Assembly: GCA_046292385.1 (NCBI GenBank)
Contig: JBKBRF010000005.1
Location: 71,744-135,743 of the forward strand
Source of the DNA: Armatimonadota bacterium
GTDB taxonomy: Bacteria; Armatimonadota; SYMT01
Length of the DNA: 64,000 nucleotides
Direction: 5' to 3'
The translations under genes and the position numbers were made by a program. Positions within the stretch are counted from its first letter, which is position 1; every line of letters starts with the position of its first letter. This document shows positions 19,309-30,486 of this stretch, piece by piece. The notes beneath the pieces were generated by a model. The model had not been told where the DNA came from. It was given only the letters and a program-made list of their open reading frames with translations, and did not search any database.

Positions 19309-19980
19309 CTATGGGCTCGGTGACGCCTGAGCCGCACCGGCGTTAGGCGAATGCGGCGGGCATTCCTCGATCCACCCCGCGTAATAGGGACGCAGCTCCG
19401 CCGGGAGCGGACTGCGACCATAGTCGTAGTACTCCAGCAGCCGCACGTGGCACTCGTCCGGCGAGCGGCGGTCCCGGTACCCCGCCAGCCAGTGGTCGAG
19501 GCTCCGGGTGAGCTGGGGATCCCGCGCTTCCAGCTCTGCCAGTACTCGCGGAAACCCGCCGCGCAGTGCCGGGGAGAGGTGCGGCCAGATCACGTGTGCC
19601 AGCTCGTGCGCCACCACCCGCGGCGTGAGCGCCCGAGCCACCCCGGCGATCAGCGGCAGCGGATGCAGACAGGCGGCGCCCACCCACGGCGTGCTCGGCA
19701 GTGCCCCGGCCCGCGGCACCCAGCGCGGCACCGCCTGCGAGAGCAGCGCGCCCACCCAGGCCAGCCCGCTCGGAACCACCACGATGCCGTAGTGGTCGAA
19801 TACCGCCCGGGCCGCCGGGGTGAAGCGCGCCAGGCCGTACGCCTCCTTCCGCAGCTCCGGCCGCGTGCCGCGCCACCCCAGCCAGAACCGGAGCGCGCCT
19901 TCCCGCGCCAGGTCTGCTCTTGCCGCGTCTCTCCAGCTCAAGCGCCCCACTCCCCACTCGGTTGCCCAACGAACATGCAA
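19309..19980 (-). CDS. Hypothetical protein with zincin-like HExxH motif
   Basis: VVAHELAHVIW plus a downstream DE; start uncertain. Confidence 0.5.
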   Translation of the reverse strand: MHVRWATEWGVGRLSWRDAARADLAREGALRFWLGWRGTRPELRKEAYGLARFTPAARAVFDHYGIVVVPSGLAWVGALLSQAVPRWVPRAGALPSTPWVGAACLHPLPLIAGVARALTPRVVAHELAHVIWPHLSPALRGGFPRVLAELEARDPQLTRSLDHWLAGYRDRRSPDECHVRLLEYYDYGRSPLPAELRPYYAGWIEECPPHSPNAGAAQASPSP

Positions 19981-20200
19981 ACAGAAGCTGACGATTCAGG
20001 GAACGCGATGCGCTTGAGCGGCGTCCTTAGAAACAGAAGCCCGTCCCAGGAGAAGGAGCACACCACGGGGCAAGTTGCCCGCTAGTTTAGGAGACTCCCT
20101 CCCCGGGGACAAGGCGACTAGAAGAGTATAGCGAACGGGCTTACGCGCGAATGGCGACATCCGGGCGAAGCATTAACCGACTAATGAAAGGTGGTAGGGT

Positions 20201-20488
20201 ATGGCTAAGGACAGTGGGGACATGACTGTCCGCGAAGCGGGCCGGCTGGGCGGTGACAAGCGCAAGAAGGCGCTTGGCGCGGAAGGCTACAGCGAGCTCG
20301 GGAAGAAGGGCGGGAACACCACGAAGGAGCGTCACGGGGCCGAGTTCTACAGCGAAATCGGCCGCAAGGGCGGCGAGGTGGTTCGCCGCGAGCGCGGGCC
20401 GGAGTTCTTCAGCCAGATCGGCCGGAAGGGCGGGCAGCGCGTGCGGGAGCTGATCGAAAAAGGGAAGAAGAACGCCAGCGAAGAGTGA
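20201..20488 (+). CDS. General stress protein (KGG-repeat, GsiB/Em-like)
   Basis: MTVREAGRLGG and repeated EFYSEIGRKGG. Confidence 0.9.
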   Translation: MAKDSGDMTVREAGRLGGDKRKKALGAEGYSELGKKGGNTTKERHGAEFYSEIGRKGGEVVRRERGPEFFSQIGRKGGQRVRELIEKGKKNASEE

Positions 20489-20554
20489 TGGCGTTTACAT
20501 AGACTGAAGCGCAGGGCGCCCCACCGCGGGCGCCCTCGTTACGTACCGGCGGGC

Positions 20555-21664
20555 CTATGCGCCGACGACGGCGCGGCGGACCGCCGCCCGCTCCACCCGT
20601 TCCCGCACCGGTCGGTACGGCGTTCCCGGCACCGTCGAGAGATCGAAAGTGCAGTCCGGGTTCAGGACGAGCTCCGGCTCCGTCAGGTCCTCCCGGTAGA
20701 AGAAGCTCGACGGGAAGAGATCGGCCGGGTAGGTGAAGTTCTCCAGGCCCGCCAGCTCGATACTCAGCCCGGCGCCCACCCCGCTCTCCAGCATGCCGCC
20801 GACCCAGCACGGGATGCCGGCGTCTCGTGCCCGGTCATGGAGTGCCCTGGCAGCCGACAGCCCTCCCACCCGGCCGATCTTGATGTTGAGATAGCGGCAG
20901 GAGCCGAGCTGCAGGGCCAGGTCGAAGTCGCGGAGCGAGGTGATCGACTCGTCGAGGCAGATCGGCGTCTCCAGTTGCCGCTGCAGCTCCGCGTGCTCGT
21001 GCAGGTCCCGGTGGAACAACGGCTGCTCGATCATCGCCAGGCCCAGGCGGTCGACCTCTTGGAAGAATGGAAGGTCGTCCAGCGAGTAGCCGGAGTTGCA
21101 GTCGATGTGGAACGTGTGCCGGGGGAAGGCGGCGCGGACCACCCGCAGCATCTCCAGGTCCCACCCCGGGCGGACCTTCAGCTTGGTCCGCTTGAAGCCC
21201 CGATCGACCGCCCCCTGGATCTTCTCGAGGAGCATGTCGAGGCTGTCCTGCACGCCGAAATCCGACCCCGCCTCCACGCGGCGCCGCTCCGCCCCCAGCA
21301 GCCGCCCCAGCGGCACCCCTTCCACGCGCGCCTTCAGGTCCCACCAGGCGGTTTCCGGCCCCGCCTTCGCGAACGGGTTGCCCTTGAAGTGCCGCAGCAG
21401 GCCCAGGAGCTCCTCCGCGCTCTCGATCTCCCGCCCCACCAGGAGCGGGCAGAAGACTTCCTGGTTCAAGAAGAAGACCGTCGTCGCCGTCTCCGGAGAG
21501 TAGGTCGGCGCGAAGAAAGGCGTCGTCTCCCCCCACCCCTCCTGATCCCCGGAGACCATCCGGAACAAGACGGAGTGGATGTCGGCGTCTTCGCCGTACG
21601 CCGTCTTCCACGGATAGATCAGTGGCAGCCGGACGTGGAAGATCTCGATCCGATCGATACGCAT
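20555..21664 (-). CDS. menC: o-Succinylbenzoate synthase / N-acylamino acid racemase (enolase superfamily)
   Basis: KLKV, IDCN, MIEQP, CLDES, NIKIGRVGG, WVGGMLESG. Confidence 0.85.
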   Translation of the reverse strand: MRIDRIEIFHVRLPLIYPWKTAYGEDADIHSVLFRMVSGDQEGWGETTPFFAPTYSPETATTVFFLNQEVFCPLLVGREIESAEELLGLLRHFKGNPFAKAGPETAWWDLKARVEGVPLGRLLGAERRRVEAGSDFGVQDSLDMLLEKIQGAVDRGFKRTKLKVRPGWDLEMLRVVRAAFPRHTFHIDCNSGYSLDDLPFFQEVDRLGLAMIEQPLFHRDLHEHAELQRQLETPICLDESITSLRDFDLALQLGSCRYLNIKIGRVGGLSAARALHDRARDAGIPCWVGGMLESGVGAGLSIELAGLENFTYPADLFPSSFFYREDLTEPELVLNPDCTFDLSTVPGTPYRPVRERVERAAVRRAVVGA

Positions 21665-21696
21665 TGCGGGTAGCACTCCCGGGGTTATTCCGAACC

Positions 21697-21937
21697 TGAT
21701 TCACCACAGAGGGCACCGAGACTTCGAACTGGAATTCACCACGGAGACGCAGAGAGCGCGGAGAGAACCGGAACCAGCCTTTACCGCCAAGAGCGCCAAG
21801 CTCGCCAAGAGGAATAGGCCGGTTGCGCGTCTCGAGTCTCGTACAGCGGCCCCGGAGTTTCTCCTTCTGATTCCCCTCTCTGCGTCCTTTGCGCTCTCCG
21901 CGGTTCAATCCCGATTCGGTCCCCTCTTTGCGGTGAA
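21697..21937. repeat. CACAGAG/CGCAGAG/CGCCAAG composite element, gene-less copy B
   Basis: TTCACCACAGAG, ACCGCCAAGAGCGCCAAG; shares core GTACAGCGGCCCCGGAGTTTCT and CTCTCTGCG.CCTTTGCGCTCTC with the 58-kb copy. Confidence 0.85.
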
Positions 21938-21943
21938 GGCGGG

Positions 21944-22639
21944 CTACGACCCCGAGAGCACTCGCTGCAGGGCGGGCATCAGCTCCTGGGCGGAGACGGC
22001 TACCGTCTGGATGCGGAGGCCGGTCGCTTCCCGCAGCTCTTCGATCGCGAACGGGTTGCTCGGATCGGTCATCGCCACGACGAGGGTGTCGGCGGAACGG
22101 GCCACGGGTAGGCAGGCGTGCTTCCGCAGGAGGGAGAGCGGCACGAGCGCGATGGCGTTCGGGTCGACCGGCCGACCCATCAGCGTGATCTCCGGGGCGG
22201 CGGTGGGGCTCACCGCCTGCAGGAGCGGGAGTCCGGTCTCCGGATGCGCCGTGTGAGTCCAGCGGGTGCTGCCGGCGCGGAGCAGGACCAGCTCCACGGA
22301 GTGGAGCACCCGGTTACCGGGCATCGCCTTGCCGCCGAAGACCTCGCCCCGCTTGCTGACCGAGAGGAACAGCTCTACCTCTCCGTTGGCGACGTGGCCC
22401 TGGGCAGAGACGATCTGGCCCGGGCCCTGCCGCTCCACGGCGTAAACGGTCGGCGGCCAGAGCAGGTTGGCGGGCGTCTCCAGGCGGATCTGCTCCAGCG
22501 TGCCGGTCCCGGAGAGCACCGCGCCGGCCGTCAGGCGCAGCTCCGACACGACCCGGCTCAGCGACTCGAGCAGGTCCTCGCCGGCGTCGAGCCGTACGGC
22601 GACGATCTCGTGTGCAGTGGCGCCTCGGAAGTACTGCAT
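21944..22639 (-). CDS. PPC/DUF296 domain fused to a T2SSE-N-like domain
   Basis: AVRLDAGEDLLESL...GTGTL (PPC); C-terminal ALVPLSLLRKHACLPV...LVVAMTDPSN..IEELREATG. Confidence 0.7.
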   Translation of the reverse strand: MQYFRGATAHEIVAVRLDAGEDLLESLSRVVSELRLTAGAVLSGTGTLEQIRLETPANLLWPPTVYAVERQGPGQIVSAQGHVANGEVELFLSVSKRGEVFGGKAMPGNRVLHSVELVLLRAGSTRWTHTAHPETGLPLLQAVSPTAAPEITLMGRPVDPNAIALVPLSLLRKHACLPVARSADTLVVAMTDPSNPFAIEELREATGLRIQTVAVSAQELMPALQRVLSGS

Positions 22640-22735
22640 CGGGAAGAGCTCCGGTCTCGCGGAGCGGCGGGCTCGTCCGGAGCCGGCGCCGCTCCCTCAA
22701 CCTCTCGGCAGAAGGAGCGGCGCCTACCGGCAGCC

Positions 22736-24313
22736 CTACTCCTTCTTTGCTTCCCGGCTCCTGAGGAGAGCATACTCGACGCTGTCCGCCAGCGCCTGCC
22801 AGGAAGCCTTGATGATGTTGGTCGAGACGCCGACGGTGCTCCAGCTCCCGTGCTCGTCCGCGCTCTCCACCAGGACGCGGACTTTCGCCGCGGTCCCCTC
22901 CTGCGCGTCGACCACCCGGACCTTGTAGTCGGTCAGCCGCACCTGCCGCAGCTCCGGGTAGAACGGCAGGAGCGCCTTGCGCAGCGCCTGGTCGAGCGCG
23001 TGCACCGGTCCGTCCCCGTCGGCTGCCACGTGCATCTCCTCGCCGTTGACCGAGAGCTTCACCACCGCCTCGGTGATCGGCTCCGGGTCGATGATCCGGT
23101 TGGAGAGGTTCACGCGGAACCGGAGGAGATCGAATGCCTTCCGGTACTCGCCCAGCTCCTTCTTCACCAGGAGCTCGAACGAGGCTTCCGCGCCCTCGAA
23201 GACGTAGCCCTCCGCCTCCAGGGCCGCGACCCGCTCCAGGATCCGCCGCGTGGCTGGCGACTTCTTATCGAGCTGGATGCCCCGCTCCTCGGCCTTCCAG
23301 ACGATGGTGCTGCCGCCGGATAGCTCGGAGACGAGGATGCGGCGCTGGTTACCGACCAGCGTCGGGTCGATATGCTCGCAGGTGCGGGGGTTCTTCCGCA
23401 CGGCGTCCGCATGGGTGCCCGCCTTGTGTGCAAAGGCGGAGCGGCCGACGAACGGCTGGTGCTCGTCCGGCGGCATGTTCGCCAGCTCGTCCACCAGCGC
23501 CGAAGTATCCGCCAGCCGGGCGAGCTGCTCGTCGGAGATGCAGTCGAGCCCCATCTTCAGCTTGAGCACCGGGATGATGGAGGTGAGATTGGCGTTGCCG
23601 GTCCGCTCGCCGAACCCGTTCATCGTCCCCTGCACGTGGGTGGCGCCGGCCTGCACCGCCGCGACGGCGGTGGCGACTCCCATCTCGCAGTCGTTGTGCG
23701 TGTGGATGCCGATGCGGCCGGTGAACTTCTCCCGCACGTGACCGATGATGCGGGCGATCTCCCAGGGCATCGTGCCGCCGTTGGTGTCGCACGGGACCAG
23801 CACGTCGGCGCCGGCCAGGTGGGCCGCCTCGAAGGTGGCGAGGGCGTAGCCCGCGTCGTCCTTGTAGCCGTCGAAGAAGTGCTCGCCGTCGTAGATCACT
23901 TCCAGGCCGCGCGACTTCAGGTAGCGCACGGTGTCGGCGATCATCTCCAGGTTCTCTTCGGGAGCGACGTTGAGCACCTCGCGGACGTGGAGCAGCCACG
24001 ACTTGCCGAAGATGGTCACCACCGGCGCGCCGCTCTCCGCGAGCTGGATCACCAGCGAGTCCTCGGAGGCGCGCATGCCCTTGCGGCGGGTGCTGCCGAA
24101 GGCGCAGAGGCGCGCGTGCTGGAGCTGGAGCCGCTCCCGGGCCGCCTCGAAGAACTGGATGTCCTTCGGATTGGAGCCGGGCCAGCCTCCCTCGATGTAG
24201 TGCACTCCCAGCTCGTCCAGGCGCCGCGCCACGCGCAGCTTGTCCGGAACCGTAAAGCTGACTCCCTCTCCCTGGCTCCCGTCCCGGAGCGTCGTATCGT
24301 AAAGCTCGATCAT
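22736..24313 (-). CDS. cimA: Citramalate synthase
   Basis: YDTTLRDGSQGE, IEGGWPGSNPKD, YDGEHFFDGY, CDTNGG, DYKVRV. Confidence 0.93.
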   Translation of the reverse strand: MIELYDTTLRDGSQGEGVSFTVPDKLRVARRLDELGVHYIEGGWPGSNPKDIQFFEAARERLQLQHARLCAFGSTRRKGMRASEDSLVIQLAESGAPVVTIFGKSWLLHVREVLNVAPEENLEMIADTVRYLKSRGLEVIYDGEHFFDGYKDDAGYALATFEAAHLAGADVLVPCDTNGGTMPWEIARIIGHVREKFTGRIGIHTHNDCEMGVATAVAAVQAGATHVQGTMNGFGERTGNANLTSIIPVLKLKMGLDCISDEQLARLADTSALVDELANMPPDEHQPFVGRSAFAHKAGTHADAVRKNPRTCEHIDPTLVGNQRRILVSELSGGSTIVWKAEERGIQLDKKSPATRRILERVAALEAEGYVFEGAEASFELLVKKELGEYRKAFDLLRFRVNLSNRIIDPEPITEAVVKLSVNGEEMHVAADGDGPVHALDQALRKALLPFYPELRQVRLTDYKVRVVDAQEGTAAKVRVLVESADEHGSWSTVGVSTNIIKASWQALADSVEYALLRSREAKKE

Positions 24314-24439
24314 TGCAAACCGTTCTTCCAAAAGCTGACTGACTGAGAGCTTATCCTGCGAAGGACCAACTCTCAAGAGGACCGCCCGGACCGGGTGCCC
24401 GCGGGGGCGTACTGCGTGCGCTCCGGGCGGTCGTGCCGT

Positions 24440-25534
24440 CTACGCTCGGATACGGTCCGCAATCTGACTGCCCATCTCGGATGTCGAGATGGGCTGACCT
24501 CCAGGGCCTACGATATCGGCGGTGCGGTGCCCCGCCGCGAGCACTTCGCTGACGGCGCGCTCGATGGCGTCCGCCTCGGTGTGCATGTCGAACGAGTGCC
24601 GGAGCATCATCGCCGCGGTGAGGATGGCGGCGATCGGGTTGGCGATCCCCTTGCCGGCGATGTCCGGCGCGGAGCCGTGGATCGGCTCGTAGAACGGGGT
24701 CACGTCACCGTCGCCCAGGCAGGCGGACGGAAGCATCCCCATCGAGCCGGCGAGCATGCTCGCCTCGTCGCTCAGGATGTCGCCGAAAGTGTTCTCCGTC
24801 AGGATCACGTCGAACGACGAGGGGTTCCGGATCAGCTGCATGGCGCAGTTGTCGACGTAGAGGTGGGTCAGCTCCACGTCCGGGAACTCTTCCTTGCCCA
24901 CGCGCGCCACCACTTCCCGCCAGAGCTGGGAGCAGGCGAGGATGTTCGCCTTATCGACGGAGCAGAGGCGGTTCTTCCGGCCCTGCGCCGCCTTGAAGGC
25001 GACCCGGGCGATCCGCTCGATCTCCGGCGTGGTGTAGACCATCGTGTCGACCGCGCGGTAGCCGCCCTCGATCTCTTCGCGGCCCTTCGGCTGCCCGTAG
25101 TAGAGGCCGCCGGTGAGCTCGCGGATGATGAGGATGTCGACCCCGTCCTTCACGATCTCCGGCCGCAGCGGGCAGGTGTCGCGGAGCGCGGGGCTCAGGA
25201 TCGCCGGGCGCAGGTTGGCGTAGAGCCCCTTGCGGAGGCCCAGCAGCGCCAGCGGCTCCGGCCGCTCCCGCGGCGGCAGCGTGGCGTCGCGCGCCGGATC
25301 GCCCACGGCGCCGAAGTAGATGGCGTCGCTCTCCCGGCAGAGGCGCACCGTCTCATCCGGCAGCGCGCTGCCGACCGCGTCGATCGCGGCCCAGCCGATC
25401 GGCGCCTCCTCGAACTCGAAGCGGTGCCCGAACACTTCGGCCACCCGCTCCAGCACCTTCCGGCCCTCGAGGAGAACCTCCACCCCGATGCCGTCACCCG
25501 GCAGCACGGCGATCTTTGGCGTGCGTTCGCTCAA
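24440..25534 (-). CDS. leuB: 3-Isopropylmalate dehydrogenase
   Basis: LPGDGIG, RELTGGLYYG, SVDKAN, FGDILSDEAS, EPIHGSAPDIAG. Confidence 0.96.
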   Translation of the reverse strand: MSERTPKIAVLPGDGIGVEVLLEGRKVLERVAEVFGHRFEFEEAPIGWAAIDAVGSALPDETVRLCRESDAIYFGAVGDPARDATLPPRERPEPLALLGLRKGLYANLRPAILSPALRDTCPLRPEIVKDGVDILIIRELTGGLYYGQPKGREEIEGGYRAVDTMVYTTPEIERIARVAFKAAQGRKNRLCSVDKANILACSQLWREVVARVGKEEFPDVELTHLYVDNCAMQLIRNPSSFDVILTENTFGDILSDEASMLAGSMGMLPSACLGDGDVTPFYEPIHGSAPDIAGKGIANPIAAILTAAMMLRHSFDMHTEADAIERAVSEVLAAGHRTADIVGPGGQPISTSEMGSQIADRIRA

Positions 25535-25628
25535 CGTCTAACTCCCTCTCTCATCACAACGTGATAACCAACGGCGACTGGCTTTCTACCCGCCGTGGCG
25601 CGCTCGGCCGCACCCGCTTCTCACCCCA

Positions 25629-25783
25629 GTCATCCTGAACGCAGTGAAGGATCTACGTAGCCTGGGCTTCGCCGAAGCGCAGGCTCTCCGTTCGGGAGAT
25701 GCCCGCAGGGAGGACGCGCATCACCCCCATGCCTACTCCGTCCCAGACCAGCTGCCGAGATTCTTCACTGCGTTTAGAATGAC
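25629..25783. repeat. REP-like inverted repeat (GTCAT.CT..ACGCAGTGAAG.ATCT)
   Basis: GTCATCCTGAACGCAGTGAAGGATCT...AGATTCTTCACTGCGTTTAGAATGAC, 23/26 complementary. Confidence 0.85.
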
Positions 25784-25817
25784 TTCTAACGTGCGCCCCG
25801 TGTATCCTTAGGGCAGG

Positions 25818-27368
25818 TCAGATCTCCTGCGCCGCCAGGCGCTCGGTGGCACTCCGCCGCTCCCCGTAGTAGAGCAGCTTGTTCATCGCCTGCAGGTACG
25901 CCTTGGCGCTCGCTTCGATCACGTCGAGGTCGGCGCTGCGGCCGGAGAAGACCTGCTCTCCCCGCCCCAGGCGCACCGTCACCTCCGCCAGGGCGTCCGT
26001 TCCTCCGGTCACGGCGCTCACGATGTAGTCGATCAGCTCGTGCGGTACCGGGATCAGCTTGTCGATCGTGCGGTAGACCGCGTCCACGCTGCCGACCCCG
26101 GTTCCCACCTCCGTGAGGTGATCGTCGCCGCACTTCAGGCGCACGGTAGCGGTCGGCACGCCCTCCAGGCTGGTCATCACCGTCATGTAGACCAGCTCGT
26201 ACTGGCGGTCGTGCAGCCCTTCGGCCTCCGCCATCAAGGCGACCAGGTCCTCGTCGTAGACGACCTTCTTCTTGTCGGCCACTTCCAGGAAGCGCTGGTA
26301 CGCGCGGTTCAGCTCCTCGCCGTCCACCTCGTAGCCGAGCGCCGCCATCCGCACCTTGAAGGCGTGGCGACCGCTGCGGCTGGAGAGGACCAGCTTGCTG
26401 CTGTCCAGGCCCACGTCTTCCGGCCGCATGATCTCGTAGGTGGTCTGCTCTTTCAGGAAGCCGTCCTGGTGGATTCCGGCTGCATGCGCAAAGGCGTTGG
26501 CCCCGACGATCGCCTTGTTCGGCTGCACCAGGAAACCACTCGCTCTGCTGACCAGCCGGCTGGCGCGGAAGATCTCCTGCGTGGAGACATTCGTGTCGGC
26601 CTGGAAGTAGTCGCGCCGCGTGCGCAGCGCCATCACTACCTCTTCCAGCGCGGTGTTCCCCGCTCGCTCGCCGATCCCATTCATGGTGCACTCGATCTGG
26701 CCCGCTCCTGCCTGCACGGCGGCCAGGGAATTGGCGACGGCCATCCCGAGGTCATTGTGGCAGTGGCAGGAGAAGGTGACGTTCTCCGCGCCGGGCACCC
26801 GGTCGATCAGCGTGCTGAAGATGTGGGCGAATTGCTCCGGCACGGCGTAGCCGACGGTGTCCGGAATGTTGATCGTCGTCGCGCCGGCCTTGATCACCGC
26901 CTCGACCACTTGGCAGAGGTAGTCCAGATCGGAGCGCGCGGCGTCCTCCGGCGAGAACTCCACGTCTTCCACCCAGTTGCGGGCGCGTTTGACGGCCGCC
27001 ACTGCCATCTCCAGCACCTCTTCCCGGCTCTTGCGGAGCTTGTGGCGCAGGTGGATGTCCGAGGTGGCGATGAAGGTGTGGATCCGGCCCCGCTCCGCGT
27101 CCTGGAGCGCCTCGCCGGCACGGTCGATATCCTTCTCCACGGCCCGGGCCAGGCCGCAGATCACCGGCCCCTGCACTTCGCGAGCGATCTGGCGGACCGA
27201 CTCGAAGTCACCGGGAGAGGAGATCGGAAACCCGGCTTCGATAACGTCGACGCGCAGCCGGGCGAGCTGGTGTGCGACTTCCAGCTTCTGCGCGGCGGTC
27301 ATGCTCGCGCCGGGACACTGCTCCCCGTCTCGCAGGGTCGTGTCGAAGATCTTGATGGTACGGCTCAT
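25818..27368 (-). CDS. leuA: 2-Isopropylmalate synthase
   Basis: FDTTLRDGEQCPG, IEAGFP, HCHNDLG, GIGERAGN, GIHQDG. Confidence 0.96.
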   Translation of the reverse strand: MSRTIKIFDTTLRDGEQCPGASMTAAQKLEVAHQLARLRVDVIEAGFPISSPGDFESVRQIAREVQGPVICGLARAVEKDIDRAGEALQDAERGRIHTFIATSDIHLRHKLRKSREEVLEMAVAAVKRARNWVEDVEFSPEDAARSDLDYLCQVVEAVIKAGATTINIPDTVGYAVPEQFAHIFSTLIDRVPGAENVTFSCHCHNDLGMAVANSLAAVQAGAGQIECTMNGIGERAGNTALEEVVMALRTRRDYFQADTNVSTQEIFRASRLVSRASGFLVQPNKAIVGANAFAHAAGIHQDGFLKEQTTYEIMRPEDVGLDSSKLVLSSRSGRHAFKVRMAALGYEVDGEELNRAYQRFLEVADKKKVVYDEDLVALMAEAEGLHDRQYELVYMTVMTSLEGVPTATVRLKCGDDHLTEVGTGVGSVDAVYRTIDKLIPVPHELIDYIVSAVTGGTDALAEVTVRLGRGEQVFSGRSADLDVIEASAKAYLQAMNKLLYYGERRSATERLAAQEI

Positions 27369-27568
27369 ACGGTAAACCTCTTCAGAGAATACGTGCTGGA
27401 AAGACTCCGGCGTTCAACCGGAGCGCGACCGCGCCTCCGCAGCGGTCGCGCGAGCTCCCGTTCAGGAAAGCTCGCCCCGGAGCACGCGCCGGGCCGGACC
27501 CCGTCCGAATTCGGACAGGTGCCCCGGCACCGGCGTTCCCCCTCGCTTCATCTCGATCTTCATGTCCA

Positions 27569-28144
27569 TTACTTCTTGCGAGCCCTAGGTGGCCAGAGCT
27601 CCGCCAGCGGCAGCCGGAATCCCGGAACAACGTCTTCGCCGTCGAGCGAGTCGTCGCCCGAGAGCACACGCGGCTCGCGCTCCGGTCGGTAGGCGGTCAC
27701 CGTCCGAGTCGGCGGATCGATGATCCAGACCATCCGCACCCCGCACTCCAGGTAGTCCCGGATTTTCCGGTCCAGCTCCGAACGTCGGTCGTCCGGGGAG
27801 ACGACCTCTACCGCCAAGTCCGGCGCTACCTCCCAGTAGCCCTTCTCGGCCCCTTCCGCAGCTTCGATCCGTTCGTTCGATACGAACGCCTGATCCGGGG
27901 CGCGCACGAGATCCCGGCGCAGGACGAAACCGGAGTTGGAGACCACGTCGCCCAGCGAATGGCTCCTGACAAACGCCGCCAGGGGAACACCCACCCGCGA
28001 ATCAATTCGTCCGTGGTGGGGTCCTGGTGGGGACATCGTGACGACCATCCCATCCACCAGCTCGCGCCGGTAGGGATCATCCGCATACAGCCGGTAGAAC
28101 TCTTCCGGGGTTAGAACGTCGGCTCGATCCTGAACGCTGGACAT
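27569..28144 (-). CDS. Uma2 family endonuclease-fold protein
   Basis: ELVDG, RAPDQAFV, APDLAVEVVSP, YLECGVRMVWIIDP, VVPGFRLPL. Confidence 0.92.
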   Translation of the reverse strand: MSSVQDRADVLTPEEFYRLYADDPYRRELVDGMVVTMSPPGPHHGRIDSRVGVPLAAFVRSHSLGDVVSNSGFVLRRDLVRAPDQAFVSNERIEAAEGAEKGYWEVAPDLAVEVVSPDDRRSELDRKIRDYLECGVRMVWIIDPPTRTVTAYRPEREPRVLSGDDSLDGEDVVPGFRLPLAELWPPRARKK

Positions 28145-28214
28145 CGCCTCTCCCCCGTGCCGGACTGGTCCGCGGCGGCTCCGGTGACGAACCCGAGCCG
28201 CCGCGGACCGGCGA

Positions 28215-29276
<1,062 letters not shown>

Positions 29277-29331
29277 CTAGGGTCCCTCCTGTAATCAGTC
29301 CGTGCTTGGCCGCCCGGCATCGGGCGAGAAA

Positions 29332-29700
29332 TCAGTCGATCGTGCTGCCGGGCTCCGACGCGCCCGCGTGAGCGGGGACGTTCTCGGAGGGCCCGGCCGG
29401 CCAGAAGCGCCGCAGCGCCAGGCCGAGCCCTGCCCCAACCAGGGCGAACAGTATCACGTTGACGGCCAGCCCGGCGACGCTGTCGAGGCCGAGCCAGTCC
29501 ATGATCGCGTTGTAAACGAGCCAGAGCGGAAAGAGCAGCACCGACGCGGCGGCGACGAGCGCCACCTGCCCCGCCAGCGGGGAGCGAGTCCCCTTCCAGC
29601 GGGCCCCCGCGATCACGGCGAGCACCAGCGCCAGCGCGGAGAGCAGCGCCAGCGCCGTCCCGGCCTGTTCAGCGGTCACCAGCTCACGCGGCTCGCCCAT
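29332..29700 (-). CDS. Small membrane protein (about 3 TM helices)
   Basis: GAGGAG RBS; hydrophobic segments; lies in the operon between ilvN and ilvC. Confidence 0.7.
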   Translation of the reverse strand: MGEPRELVTAEQAGTALALLSALALVLAVIAGARWKGTRSPLAGQVALVAAASVLLFPLWLVYNAIMDWLGLDSVAGLAVNVILFALVGAGLGLALRRFWPAGPSENVPAHAGASEPGSTID

Positions 29701-29760
29701 TCTGCTCCTCGCATTGCGGCGGCCGCGCGCTTGGCCGCAGGGGATCCTAGATCCCGGGCG

Positions 29761-30267
29761 CTACTGGCTGCCTCGCAGCTCCGCGGTGGCGCGGGCCCCG
29801 CGGGCGAGCGCGATCTTGCCGGTCCGCACCAGCTCCTTGATGCCGTAGCCGGAGACCAGGCTCTGGAAGGCGTCGACCTTGTCTCCCGGTCCGGTCAGCT
29901 CGATGGTGAGGGTCCGCTCGCTCACGTCGACGATCTTGCCGCGGAAGATGTCCGCGATCTGCATGATCTCCGCGCGGCGGTCCGGCGGCGCCTGGATCTT
30001 GATCAGCGCCAGCTCCCGCTCCACGGCGGCGGTGTTGGTGTAGTCGTAGACCTTGATCACCTCGACCAGCTTGTTCAACTGCTTCTCGATCTGCTCCAGG
30101 GTGCGCTCGTCGCCGCCGACGACGATCGTCATCCGGGAGACGGTGGGGTCATCCGTGATGCTGACTGCGAGCGATTCGATATTGAAGCCCCGGCGCGCGA
30201 AAAGTCCCGCTACGCGCGCCAGCACTCCGGGCGTGTTCTCTACCAGTGCGGTAATGGTGTGCTGCAC
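29761..30267 (-). CDS. ilvN: Acetolactate synthase small subunit
   Basis: ENTPGVLARVAGLFARRGFNIESL, ERELALIK, ELVRTG. Confidence 0.96.
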   Translation of the reverse strand: MQHTITALVENTPGVLARVAGLFARRGFNIESLAVSITDDPTVSRMTIVVGGDERTLEQIEKQLNKLVEVIKVYDYTNTAAVERELALIKIQAPPDRRAEIMQIADIFRGKIVDVSERTLTIELTGPGDKVDAFQSLVSGYGIKELVRTGKIALARGARATAELRGSQ

Positions 30268-30282
30268 TCTGTTTCCTGAAAT

Positions 30283-30460
30283 CGCCCCCGGTGGTCTCCA
30301 CCGGGGGCGGGTCGAGCCGTCTGCGGGTGGACCGAATGAACGGTGCGCCGTGCCGTCTGGCGAAGCCAGAGTGGGAGAGTGGGCGAGCCGGAGAGCGTGA
30401 GAAGTTCTTACGGGAGCTGCTCTCCCATTCCCCCACTCTCCCTTGCGCCCACTCCCACCC
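30283..30460. repeat. Intergenic palindrome plus GAGTGGGA-octamer inverted repeat
   Basis: GCCCCCGGTGG.TCT.CCACCGGGGGC; GAGTGGGAGAGTGGGCGAG...CCCACTCTCCC...CGCCCACTCCCAC. Confidence 0.65.
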
Positions 30461-30486
30461 GGACGACGTGCGCACTCTACGGAAAG

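Noticed and set aside
20080..20200. SigB-like promoter before the KGG stress gene
   Set aside because: Only a weak GTTTAG match; the spacing and -10 element are not convincing.
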